From Abditibacterium sp. (GTDB lineage Bacteria > Armatimonadota > Abditibacteriia > Abditibacteriales > Abditibacteriaceae), in NCBI GenBank assembly GCA_965199495.1, contig CBDASK010000002.1:1-64000 (forward strand): a stretch of 64,000 nt of DNA, written 5' to 3'. The position numbers were made by a program, and so were the translations under genes. The notes under the pieces were generated by a model. That model did no database searches, had not been told where the DNA came from, and saw only the letters and a program-made list of their open reading frames with translations. Shown one piece after another: positions 46,965 through 56,009 of the stretch. Every line of letters starts with the position of its first letter. The stretch's first letter is position 1.

Positions 46965-49730
46965 ATGACAACAATCGAAGATATTGCACGCAAACATGGA
47001 ATGAAACTCGACGCTGGCGAAACCGGTGGGCCGCGTTGGAAAGGTCGCAATCCCTATGAAGCGGGCGCAACCGAAAATGGTTTCCATTTATTCCCTCTCG
47101 GTTCAAAGCTGGACGGGAGCGAAAAGGGTGGCTGCGCTTGGCAACGCACGCCCTCGCGGTTTTATTCAGCGCAAGAGATCGCGCGCTTGGAAGGTATTCC
47201 CTATCAGGATTACGAAGGGTCTTTGTCCGACACCAGGAACGGCAAAGGCTTCATCGTGCCCAACGTCAGCTTCGACACACGCTCGCTCGAAGAACGCGGG
47301 CTGAACGAAGAGGCGCAGCGCAACTGGAACATCAGTAATGCTCGCGGCAAAACCTCGCCCTGGGGCGAGTCGCGCATTTGGCCGACCTACTTCCCAAACG
47401 GTGCGACCGGGCGCAGTAGAGTCAAATTCCGCTATCCCGCCAAGCAACTGGCGTTGCCGAATTACAAGGGTGGCTCTCCGGCCAAGACGATCTGGGACAA
47501 GGCAACTGAGTCGCTGGGGATGCCGGTCGCCTACGGTTTGAACCTGATCGAACCGGGCGCAACAGTGTGGCTCGTCAACTCAGAACTGGCGGTGTGGTTG
47601 TTCTGGCAAGAAGGCTTGACGGCGATTTGTCCTCTTGGCGAAGGTCGTAGCGAGAAAAGCTACAATGAAATCGTTCGAGAAGTGCGCGCCAAAAAAGCGG
47701 GCGAACTACGCGTTTTGCTCGACAATGATACGGGCGGCCGCACCGGTTCGGCGCGGGCATGGAAAGCGGTCAAAGACACCGGCTTGTCGTTTACCATCTA
47801 TGACCTTTCGACGGCGCCCAAAGAGAAGTATGATGCCAGCGATTTGTGGGAGTTCTGGCGGCAGTCCAATTTCGAGGGAGACGCCGAAGAAGGCACTTTA
47901 ATTCGCGTAGGCGATGATTTCGAGGAGTTTCTTCACGGCCAGTCGGTCGCCAACGTCGCCACATTGACGGCGTGGGATAGCATCAACGCCAAGATCGAAA
48001 ACGCGGCGCAGTTGGAAGCAGCCACGCAGAAAGGCGGATCGCTGGCCGACCAGATCGAAAAGGGGCGCAAAGGTGAAGACGACACCAAGGATGGCGATGC
48101 AGAAAAGCTGCTCAAGATGTTGCGCGGACACCAAATGTTCCACACGGAGTCGCAGGACTGCTACATCGTGATTGACTTTCCCGATGGGCAACGCAAGATC
48201 TTCGATATAAATTCCGGCTCTTTTGGTCAATGGGTGCGCTATATTTACAACCGCGACACGGGTAAGGTCGCCAAAGAGATGGCGGTTAAAAGCGCAGTGG
48301 CAACACTGGCGGCTCAGGCACTTTATGATGAGCCGGAGATGGCGGCTCACAATCGAATCGCGGCTTTTGGTGGAAAGTTTTATCTCGATCTGTGCAACAA
48401 ATCGGCGGAAGTGGTCGAAATCTCTGCGCAAGGTTGGCGCGTTACCAAAGACTGCCCGGTATTTTTTAAGCGCGCAATCGGAATGCAAGAGCTTCCCTAC
48501 CCGGTGCGCGATCCACAATGCTCGAACACGGAAGTGTGGGGAAAGTTTCGCGCGAACATCAATTACGGCGAAGAACGCAACTGGATTTTGATTGTGGCGT
48601 GGATGGTTTCGGCTCTGGTGCCGGGACGCTGGCCCTGCCCTATTCTGTCGGTCAACGGCGAGCAGGGGTCGGCAAAGTCATGGCTAACGCGCCTGGTGCG
48701 ACAGACGGTTGACCCCAACGATGGCTTCATGGTGCAAACCATTAAAGAAGAAAAAGACGTGGTGGTGGTCGCCGAAAAGATGCGCGTGGTCGCCCTCGAC
48801 AACCAATCCCATATGCCGGAGTGGATGTCCAACTTGCTGGCGGCGATGGTAACGGGCACGCCCTATATGTGCCGCACGTTGTTTACCAACGACGATCACA
48901 AAACCTATAAAGGGCAACCGGCGATTATCCTCAACGGCATCCCTGAACGGATCGGCGGCATTGACTTTAATGACCGCGCTTTGAAGCTCTTTATCCCGAA
49001 GTTGGTGGACAAGGGCTACCGCGAAGAGGCGGAAGTGACAGAAGAATGGGAGCAGATACGACCGGCGCTTTTGTGCGCGATTTTGGATGCGATGGTTTGC
49101 GGACTCAAGAATTATCCGCGCAAGCGGGAGATTAAGGATGGACGCACTCTGCCACGTATGGCGGACTTCGCGACATGGGTGATGTGCTGCGAAGAGGCGC
49201 TCCCTTTTGAACTCGACTCCTTTTATAACGCCTATTCCGGCAACATCGAAGAGAGCGCCGCCGCCGACTTGGAAGGGTTTTTCCCAACCGTTGTGATGGA
49301 GTTCGCCAAGACGTGCGTTCGCTTTTCCGGTACACCGGGTGAATTACACGACGCTTTGCACAATCAGGCGATTCTTCATCTGGTAGAGCGTGAGCATGAT
49401 GCCGTCTTAGCCGCAAAGCTGTCAGCAGTCGAGCGCGAGCGGCACCGGGAGCGAGTGAAAGAGCGCGTCTCGATTGAGCTTTCCAAGATGAAAAGTTGGC
49501 CTCATACACCGACATCCACAGGCGTGGCCCTCACCAAAATCTCGCCCTCATTGCTCAAAAGCGCCAAGATTAGCTGCTTTCGCGGCACCCGCAATTCGCT
49601 GGGCACGCCATGGTGCATCCACGATCTGAGCGAAGGTTCGGACGAGGCAGGGAATAAGATGCTTGGCCAAGCGCCGCCAAAAAACGGCAAGCTGAATTTT
49701 GACGACGATCCGTTCGATGATGCGAAGTAG
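46965..49730 (+). CDS. primase-helicase (TOPRIM plus P-loop ATPase)
   Basis: LLDNDTGG TOPRIM-like motif; Walker A GEQGSAKS; VALDN. Confidence 0.75.
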   Translation: MTTIEDIARKHGMKLDAGETGGPRWKGRNPYEAGATENGFHLFPLGSKLDGSEKGGCAWQRTPSRFYSAQEIARLEGIPYQDYEGSLSDTRNGKGFIVPNVSFDTRSLEERGLNEEAQRNWNISNARGKTSPWGESRIWPTYFPNGATGRSRVKFRYPAKQLALPNYKGGSPAKTIWDKATESLGMPVAYGLNLIEPGATVWLVNSELAVWLFWQEGLTAICPLGEGRSEKSYNEIVREVRAKKAGELRVLLDNDTGGRTGSARAWKAVKDTGLSFTIYDLSTAPKEKYDASDLWEFWRQSNFEGDAEEGTLIRVGDDFEEFLHGQSVANVATLTAWDSINAKIENAAQLEAATQKGGSLADQIEKGRKGEDDTKDGDAEKLLKMLRGHQMFHTESQDCYIVIDFPDGQRKIFDINSGSFGQWVRYIYNRDTGKVAKEMAVKSAVATLAAQALYDEPEMAAHNRIAAFGGKFYLDLCNKSAEVVEISAQGWRVTKDCPVFFKRAIGMQELPYPVRDPQCSNTEVWGKFRANINYGEERNWILIVAWMVSALVPGRWPCPILSVNGEQGSAKSWLTRLVRQTVDPNDGFMVQTIKEEKDVVVVAEKMRVVALDNQSHMPEWMSNLLAAMVTGTPYMCRTLFTNDDHKTYKGQPAIILNGIPERIGGIDFNDRALKLFIPKLVDKGYREEAEVTEEWEQIRPALLCAILDAMVCGLKNYPRKREIKDGRTLPRMADFATWVMCCEEALPFELDSFYNAYSGNIEESAAADLEGFFPTVVMEFAKTCVRFSGTPGELHDALHNQAILHLVEREHDAVLAAKLSAVERERHRERVKERVSIELSKMKSWPHTPTSTGVALTKISPSLLKSAKISCFRGTRNSLGTPWCIHDLSEGSDEAGNKMLGQAPPKNGKLNFDDDPFDDAK

Positions 49731-49741
49731 CGAGAATAACG

Positions 49742-50164
49742 ATGAACCGAAACGAAATCGAGCAGATGCGCGCGCGTATTGCAGCGGCGTGGGGTGTTGA
49801 TGTGAGCGAAGTTGAATATGAAGCGTTAATTTACGCAGCGCAAACCGATTCTTTTACTATCGAATTGGGCGCCAATAAAATTCAGTGGCGCCCAGAAGTC
49901 GCGTGGCTTTTACTAAAAACCACTGAGGATTATATGCCCGCGCAAATTGATATGAACGCGCCAGTTGCGCACAGGTTCAGTGTTCCGATTACGACGCTGC
50001 GGCTGCATTTCAATGCAAAAGAATTTTTCGCAATCGCGCACTTTCTCTATTGCATGGGTTACGACATCCAATTCTTGATAGACGCGAGTGTGACAGTCAG
50101 GGCGCACGATAAACTCGAATGGGCGCAACAGATGAAAGAGAAGGGATTTGCGCTGGCAAAATGA
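49742..50164 (+). CDS. hypothetical protein, paralog of 40157-40558
   Basis: Shared termini. Confidence 0.7.
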   Translation: MNRNEIEQMRARIAAAWGVDVSEVEYEALIYAAQTDSFTIELGANKIQWRPEVAWLLLKTTEDYMPAQIDMNAPVAHRFSVPITTLRLHFNAKEFFAIAHFLYCMGYDIQFLIDASVTVRAHDKLEWAQQMKEKGFALAK

Positions 50165-50177
50165 GGTGAAATGACGC

Positions 50178-50214
50178 AAAAAGGCCGTGACTTTTAAAAG
50201 TCACGGCCTTTTTT
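50178..50214. terminator. bidirectional terminator between the two genome arms
   Basis: Perfect palindrome aaaaaggccgtgacttttaaaagtcacggccttttt. Confidence 0.9.
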
Positions 50215-51076
50215 ATTGATCGAGAACTGAAATTAGTCGAGAGAACCATTCCCTCGCTTCTGGCGTTGGTGCCAGAAGCGAGATATGGTTCTCAACAAGC
50301 TCAAGGCAAAGGCTGTGGAGATTCTCCGGTGATTGGTTGAGATTGCTTTGCGTTGAACTTGTCTTTAGATCGCTTTTCGATAAATCGCCTATATTCGGCG
50401 TGCTGATCGAGAGTGAACCCTGCGGCGAGCATATTGGCCCGCTTTCTCTTGGCTCCCGATTCTCGGATTCGTTGGATTCGAGTGGCTTCGTCGTCTCCTG
50501 AAAAGAGGGGCTTTCGGGGTTTTGAGACGGGTTCTGCCCCGTTCCCGTCTCGCTTTCTTTTTTTCCTATCTCGCCCGTTTTCATCGTGGATTTAGTGCCG
50601 TGTTTCGTGGTGTAGGTGCGCGTCTCACTTATAACGTTTGAAGTGAGATTTTTGTCTTTGCGGATACCCGAAACAAAAGGTTGCGAAACGCCACACTGTT
50701 TAGCAATTGCGTTATCGCTCCACTGGCTCCATTCGGCATCTTCGAGCAAAACCATCACGGCGCGGCGCTTGTCAGCGATGGTGCGGTTGACCTGTGAAAT
50801 AGAGTTGGCGCCGACAGAGTAGAGAATAGCAGCGCGTTTATCGCCTTGGCGTATATCGGCGTCAATTTCAGTCAAGCCAGCTTTCTTTGCAGCGTTCCAG
50901 CGATGAAATCCATCGGCCATCCAGTAATCCGTTCCGTCGTAGAAAACTACGACGGGCGGGAACTGTGCGCCTTCTTTCATATCATCAGCGTAAGCGTCTA
51001 TGGCGGTCGCGTCCATGAAAGCGCGTGACTGAGTGCCGCCGTTGCACTTAATCTGAGTGAGAAGCAACTTCTCCAT
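50213..51076 (-). CDS. ParB/Srx-like protein with HTH
   Basis: FPPVVV...DGFHRW; WSDNAIAKQCGVSQPFV. Confidence 0.8.
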   Translation of the reverse strand: MEKLLLTQIKCNGGTQSRAFMDATAIDAYADDMKEGAQFPPVVVFYDGTDYWMADGFHRWNAAKKAGLTEIDADIRQGDKRAAILYSVGANSISQVNRTIADKRRAVMVLLEDAEWSQWSDNAIAKQCGVSQPFVSGIRKDKNLTSNVISETRTYTTKHGTKSTMKTGEIGKKESETGTGQNPSQNPESPSFQETTKPLESNESENREPRESGPICSPQGSLSISTPNIGDLSKSDLKTSSTQSNLNQSPENLHSLCLELVENHISLLAPTPEAREWFSRLISVLDQ

Positions 51077-52001
51077 TTACCACCTCCACATCGGGGAACA
51101 ATTCGACTTGCTGCGATCCGGTAAAGGGCGACCCAGCAATGTAAATCGGAACGGAATCTCCAAGCGGGGTAAAATTTGCTGCCAAGTGTTTTCCAAGGAA
51201 GAGGCGGTTCCATGCCTCGGCTACGGTGCGAGAAACGGTCGCCATGTTCTTCGTCTTTGGGATTCCGGAAAACAGCAAACGGCGTTCCAAATAGTTCCCT
51301 GCCTTGGTGCGGTTATCCTCCGAAACCAAGTCTCCCCAAAATTGTTGCGCTTTGAACGGCGCGTAGCGAAAAGTCACCATCCCTACGGCGGTTACGCCTC
51401 GCCATTTTAAGACACGCGATAGCGCCTGATGAGCGCCCGTAATGGCATTTTGGTATTGCCGAAACTCGTTATTCCAGTCGCGGATAGATTTTTCTTTATC
51501 ACTTGTAGATCGAACTAATAAAGAACGATTTGAGCGCGGCGAAAAACCACCTTCGATTAGTGCAGTCGCCGCACTAATCATGTTGAGTTGCGTCGAGGAA
51601 AGGGCAAGTGATTCTTGGATTCCGGTTGCTCGAAAAGAGTCGTTGACTGTGCGCGATTTGCCGTTTGCTGAATTGTAATCAGCAGCCACAGAAAGCTCAT
51701 CTTCGAGGATACGTGTGCGAACAACGAAAGGAGTCGTAACCTCGCTATGCACAACTGCGTTCAGCCGGTGTTGTCCATCAGTAAGGAATGTGTCGTCGCC
51801 AACGGTAGCAAAGTTGACTTGGGAGAGAGCGTCAAATTCTCCCATCTTCATCAGGCGAGAGTAAAGCAAAACGGTTTCGCGATCAAGTTTGCGCTGTCCG
51901 CGAAAAGGGCGTTGTGATAACCATTCGCGCGCAAGGTCGGGAGTGACTTGCACGAGTTCGATGCTACCCGAATTGCCGGGCATTTGGATGATATTTTGCA
52001 T
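51048..52001 (-). CDS. ParB-like N-terminal domain protein
   Basis: VTPDLAREWL, QRKL, DGQHRL. Confidence 0.75.
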   Translation of the reverse strand: MQNIIQMPGNSGSIELVQVTPDLAREWLSQRPFRGQRKLDRETVLLYSRLMKMGEFDALSQVNFATVGDDTFLTDGQHRLNAVVHSEVTTPFVVRTRILEDELSVAADYNSANGKSRTVNDSFRATGIQESLALSSTQLNMISAATALIEGGFSPRSNRSLLVRSTSDKEKSIRDWNNEFRQYQNAITGAHQALSRVLKWRGVTAVGMVTFRYAPFKAQQFWGDLVSEDNRTKAGNYLERRLLFSGIPKTKNMATVSRTVAEAWNRLFLGKHLAANFTPLGDSVPIYIAGSPFTGSQQVELFPDVEVVNGEVASHSD

Positions 52002-52110
52002 TTTTCGATGTGGTTTACTTGTCTTACAAGTGGTCGGATGCTCTCAATGAGCGATACTTGCATCGCATTTTTCGATGCAGAGGCTTGGCGCGGGCGTGCG
52101 TCGAGCCTTT

Positions 52111-52290
52111 TTATTTTTCTCTGGCGATTTGGATGTCGGCCAAAGCATACGGGCCTTGCTGTTTTGCCAGTATGCGTATCACGCCGCGCAACCAATGAGA
52201 CGCATTTTCGGCGTCCGATTGCTCGACAGCGTGATTCAATAACTCGACATCGCTGGCTTCAATGGAGAAATTGCGTAGAATTTTTTTCAT
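52111..52290 (-). CDS. ribbon-helix-helix-like regulator
   Basis: GGAGGT RBS; RNFSI...NASHWLR pattern. Confidence 0.5.
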   Translation of the reverse strand: MKKILRNFSIEASDVELLNHAVEQSDAENASHWLRGVIRILAKQQGPYALADIQIAREK

Positions 52291-52351
52291 AATTTCACCT
52301 CCAATAAAAGGATAACCCTTGCGCAGCAAAAGCGCAAGGGTTATTTGAGGT

Positions 52352-52561
52352 TTACGTCCACTGAGATTCCAAGCTCATCTGGTCGGGATGAACTGGTTCG
52401 GGTTGTGGTGCGTTGCCCGCGTGGTAATGGACAATCTCGACTAAGGCGGCGCTAATGCGCTGTTGGTCGGGGCTGTCAGTCGGCGAAGATGGCGGGAGAT
52501 TATCTTTCAATATCGCTCCCGCCATCTTGTGAGCTTCGCGTTTGGCGGCACGTTGGTTCAT
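52352..52561 (-). CDS. hypothetical protein
   Basis: ATGA coupling. Confidence 0.6.
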   Translation of the reverse strand: MNQRAAKREAHKMAGAILKDNLPPSSPTDSPDQQRISAALVEIVHYHAGNAPQPEPVHPDQMSLESQWT

Positions 52562-52770
52562 GGTGTTTTGGTTTCGACTGGAAATTTCCAGTCAAGGTTG
52601 TGCGCTTGGGCGTATGCGTTCATTTTTTCGATTTGGTCGTCGGTCGGACGCAAGCCATTCTCGAAGTAGGAGACTTTGGATTGTCCGTTTTCTCCCAGAT
52701 CCAGGACTACGCGCCCAAACTTTTTCTGGTTCATTTCTGCTAATCGGCGCAGTTGGCGAACTGGATTCAA
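52558..52770 (-). CDS. XRE/Cro-like HTH protein
   Basis: TTG start after GAGGTG; VRQLRR...MNQKKFG...QSKVSYFENG. Confidence 0.7.
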   Translation of the reverse strand: MNPVRQLRRLAEMNQKKFGRVVLDLGENGQSKVSYFENGLRPTDDQIEKMNAYAQAHNLDWKFPVETKTP

Positions 52771-52916
52771 TTCGACACCTCGTTTTTTCGGCACGTCTTC
52801 CAAAACGAGTAGACGCCGTAAGTAACGATGGCGGCGTAAATTAGAAATGCAATGACGCCGTATATGGGGTCGTGAACGCCGTGTGGCGCGGGAGTGAGGG
52901 TGATTTGGGGTTTCAT
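52767..52916 (-). CDS. 49-aa membrane peptide (not in the ORF track)
   Basis: MKPQITLTPAPHGVHDPIYGVIAFLIYAAIVTYGVYSFWKTCRKNEVSN; stop overlaps the HTH start. Confidence 0.55.
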   Translation of the reverse strand: MKPQITLTPAPHGVHDPIYGVIAFLIYAAIVTYGVYSFWKTCRKNEVSN

Positions 52917-52933
52917 GCTGTTTTGATCTTGCT

Positions 52934-53143
52934 TTACTTGCAAAAGGTGGAGAAGATGTGTTCTCGAATCTGTTCAAGTTGGTCGGCGGGACGCAAACAG
53001 AGAACGCCGATAATGTCCGACCTGTTCACGGCGGAGTTTTGTGAGATTCCGCCGTTTAATCGCGCCTTTTCGTTCATCTTTGACGCAATTTTTTCGATCA
53101 CTTCCAGCCTTTCGGCGGGCGTCCAATCTGGTGAAATGTTCAT
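52934..53143 (-). CDS. hypothetical protein
   Basis: ATGA coupling. Confidence 0.55.
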   Translation of the reverse strand: MNISPDWTPAERLEVIEKIASKMNEKARLNGGISQNSAVNRSDIIGVLCLRPADQLEQIREHIFSTFCK

Positions 53144-53640
53144 GGTGTGGAAAGTAGTTTGACAAGCTCGGCAATGGCCTTTTTTTCGGTTTTTACGACT
53201 TCGAGCTTTTCGAGGTGGACAACGACGGTGCGTCCGGCGAAATCGAGTGGGAATTTGTCGTCTTTCGCCGTAACAACAACCGGCGTGTTTTTGAAGTCGG
53301 GGACAAGGTGTAGGTGATCGCCAGAATGCCGAAAAAGCATTCTACGAGGTATCCCTGTGATTATTTCGATTAAGAAATCACGGGTAGCACAGGACATTTT
53401 GCCTTTAAAAACGTCGTGCAATACGACCTGTCGCTTCATGTTGATTGTCGCAATTGTTTCCCATTCTTGAAAATAACGCGTAGGCAAAATGGACTTGTCC
53501 ATCGAGTGCGCGATGGCGTGCGCCAAAACGGTTTTACCTGAGCATTTTGGCCCGACGAGAACGAGGGCTTTGTTGGGCGTGGCTGTGTTTTGAACGTCGG
53601 CGATCCATGCGCGGATGGTTTCGAGTTGTTGTTGTTTCAT
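53140..53640 (-). CDS. small P-loop NTPase
   Basis: GPKCSGKT; VVLHD. Confidence 0.7.
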   Translation of the reverse strand: MKQQQLETIRAWIADVQNTATPNKALVLVGPKCSGKTVLAHAIAHSMDKSILPTRYFQEWETIATINMKRQVVLHDVFKGKMSCATRDFLIEIITGIPRRMLFRHSGDHLHLVPDFKNTPVVVTAKDDKFPLDFAGRTVVVHLEKLEVVKTEKKAIAELVKLLSTP

Positions 53641-53668
53641 GGTAATCGGGTTTGCTGTATAAGCAACT

Positions 53669-54538
53669 CTAATTGTCTTTCAAGTGTTCGCGGACAGAAT
53701 CAAAAACCCATTGCGGGGCGCGCTCGTCGTCGCTGTATAATAGCTGGCGACCATCGAGCAAGAAGTAAAAGTAATCGGAGTCCAAGTTATCTTTGACCGA
53801 GTATAAACTGACCTCAAGGGAACCTGCTTTGTGTTCTCTGATTCCGATTTGCCACTGTTCTTTGTCTTCAAGGTTAATTTCGGGCGTTTCTTCGTCGCCA
53901 GGTGCGGCGTATACCTGATCACTGATGGCCTGGTTTATGTCCACTAACTGTCCGGCGATGTCAGAGAGCGTGGATTGAATGCCTTCCATCGTCTGCGCCG
54001 AAAAGTCGGTGGATAGTGCTTGCCAAAACATGATTGGCGTCATCTTATCTTGCGGAGCCGCGTTATTGAGCGCGGCAATGGCGCGACTGCGCACTTCGTC
54101 TAAAGACGGCCTCTTGAACGCTTTGGCAACGGGTGATAACGGCGGATCGCTGAGAATTTTACCAACATCGGCCATCGAACTGATTGGCGTTTGGATTATC
54201 TCGCCTGTTTGCGGACACTTGGTTTCCATCGCCAAGAGTGCGCCATTGGGGAACCTCTTGGCAATAAAAGCATTGCCGTCAATTTCGATCTTGGGCGAGT
54301 ATTCGCCGGTTTCTTCGTCGGGAGTAATGTCGAACTGAATCTGATTGCCGTCTGTATATTCGGGCACATCTCCAAACATGGCTGCGAGGGCAAAACGCAA
54401 TTTTGCGCGCTGGGCGTCGAAAGTCTGTTCGTGTTTGGTGACGCTTTCGCGGTCAAGTTGATCGGCGCGTTGCGTATAGGCTTGGCGCGCCGCTTCGGAA
54501 AAGGTCGGGGTTTCGGGTGTGGTCTCTTGGTTGTTCAT
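53669..54538 (-). CDS. hypothetical protein
   Basis: ACCATG start below a promoter. Confidence 0.7.
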   Translation of the reverse strand: MNNQETTPETPTFSEAARQAYTQRADQLDRESVTKHEQTFDAQRAKLRFALAAMFGDVPEYTDGNQIQFDITPDEETGEYSPKIEIDGNAFIAKRFPNGALLAMETKCPQTGEIIQTPISSMADVGKILSDPPLSPVAKAFKRPSLDEVRSRAIAALNNAAPQDKMTPIMFWQALSTDFSAQTMEGIQSTLSDIAGQLVDINQAISDQVYAAPGDEETPEINLEDKEQWQIGIREHKAGSLEVSLYSVKDNLDSDYFYFLLDGRQLLYSDDERAPQWVFDSVREHLKDN

Positions 54539-54585
54539 GGTGTTTTGGTAGTCGCTCTGCCGGTATAATGATACCAGCAGGACTA

Positions 54586-54614
54586 ATTCTATCACAAGTC
54601 GCCTATATTGTATA
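54586..54614 (-). promoter_or_regulatory. promoter, GTGATAGAATTA family
   Basis: TATACA-17bp-TAGAAT with extended TG. Confidence 0.6.
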
Positions 54615-54623
54615 GCGATATTC

Positions 54624-56009
54624 TTAGCGAATGGTGCGCGAGGCGATTTCTTCCGGCGTCATTTCGTCGGGATCGGTGGTATAGTCGAACTCGAAGTCGG
54701 TGTCCAGTTGCTCGAACGCTTCGAGTTTTTCGGCGAGTTCGGTTCGCCAACGGTTGATGGCTTCGACTTTGGCTGCTTCGGCCTCGCTCGAATCTAACTC
54801 GAATTGGTTAAAGAACGGTTGTCCGCTTAAAAACCATTTGCCGGGTTGATGGATGTGGCGATGAACGAGTAAGCGGTGAGAAGCCACGTTAAGCTCCCAT
54901 GTCGTCGGCGTGCGGTCTTTTTCACCTTGGCGAAAAGATGAAATGTCTTTCCAGTTCGGAGTGACGCGCGGTATATCGGCGCTCGCTTGGGCAGCAAGGC
55001 GCCTGTTCATATTGGCAACGGCAACTCGCTCGACGGTCTGCGGGAGATAAGTTTCGAGCGGCGTGCGACGGTCGGAGCCAAAGCCGTAAATCTCGAAATC
55101 TTCGTTATCTAATGTCGCCGCCGTCACATAGGCTTTGACCTCGAACGTGTCGCGGTTGATTGTGACGCCGTTATAATATGGCGTTTTGGTGGTGCCGTCT
55201 ACTTGCTGCCGCCACAGATTGATCGAGGAAATCGCTTGCTCGAAGTCCTCGGTTGATGGCTCGGCTGGCATGATCCAGTTTTCGCCGCAACCAGTGGGGG
55301 CAGGGCCGTTTCCAACTCGTATAATAGAGCCGTTAGCAAATTTTAAGTCGCGCGTCTCTTCGGTTGCTTCGGCTTCATCGAGAAGCGTTTCCAGTTCATC
55401 TAAGATAGACGGCGGGAGAAGAACGAGGCGGGTGATGTCGCCTTTCTGGACGTTCTTTATTTCGGCGCGTTTCTCGGCGATGAAGTCGCGGATTGTTTTA
55501 GTGTTATTCATGGGAATTTGGGTGGGTTGGGTTTCGCCGGTCGTCTCGGTTGCTGTATATGGAGTTACGGCGTCTGTCGTTTCGATCTGCGCAGTCTCAT
55601 ACTTCTCTTGATACTCCGCTTTCAACTGCTCGACTTGCTGTTTGATATGGGGCTGCGACTGCCATTGCTCAAGAAATTCGATGCGTCCCATTGCGGTCTT
55701 CTGTCCAAGTGCGGGGTGAATGTGAGAATGTCCGTGGTGAAACTCGTAGGCGCTGCGGGTTGAAATGCCGTCAATAGCAGCGCTTAAAACTTCGGGGTGA
55801 ATCTCTTGGCCGCCCGCCGCCGCTTTGATTATCGTATTGTGTATATACGGATTTTCAGCGATTACGCAAGCGGGCACGAATCCACCTGACAAGGCTTCGC
55901 CGTGAACCGCAATTCCGTAATAGTTGCTGTGAGACGGATTGACCGGGCCTAAAGAAGGGAGCGCAAACCTTTCTTCGTCCGACAAGTCAGCGAACTGTTG
56001 CGGCGTCAT
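54624..56009 (-). CDS. multi-module hypothetical protein
   Basis: Long ORF with an internal gene-start-like motif at 55511. Confidence 0.7.
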   Translation of the reverse strand: MTPQQFADLSDEERFALPSLGPVNPSHSNYYGIAVHGEALSGGFVPACVIAENPYIHNTIIKAAAGGQEIHPEVLSAAIDGISTRSAYEFHHGHSHIHPALGQKTAMGRIEFLEQWQSQPHIKQQVEQLKAEYQEKYETAQIETTDAVTPYTATETTGETQPTQIPMNNTKTIRDFIAEKRAEIKNVQKGDITRLVLLPPSILDELETLLDEAEATEETRDLKFANGSIIRVGNGPAPTGCGENWIMPAEPSTEDFEQAISSINLWRQQVDGTTKTPYYNGVTINRDTFEVKAYVTAATLDNEDFEIYGFGSDRRTPLETYLPQTVERVAVANMNRRLAAQASADIPRVTPNWKDISSFRQGEKDRTPTTWELNVASHRLLVHRHIHQPGKWFLSGQPFFNQFELDSSEAEAAKVEAINRWRTELAEKLEAFEQLDTDFEFDYTTDPDEMTPEEIASRTIR

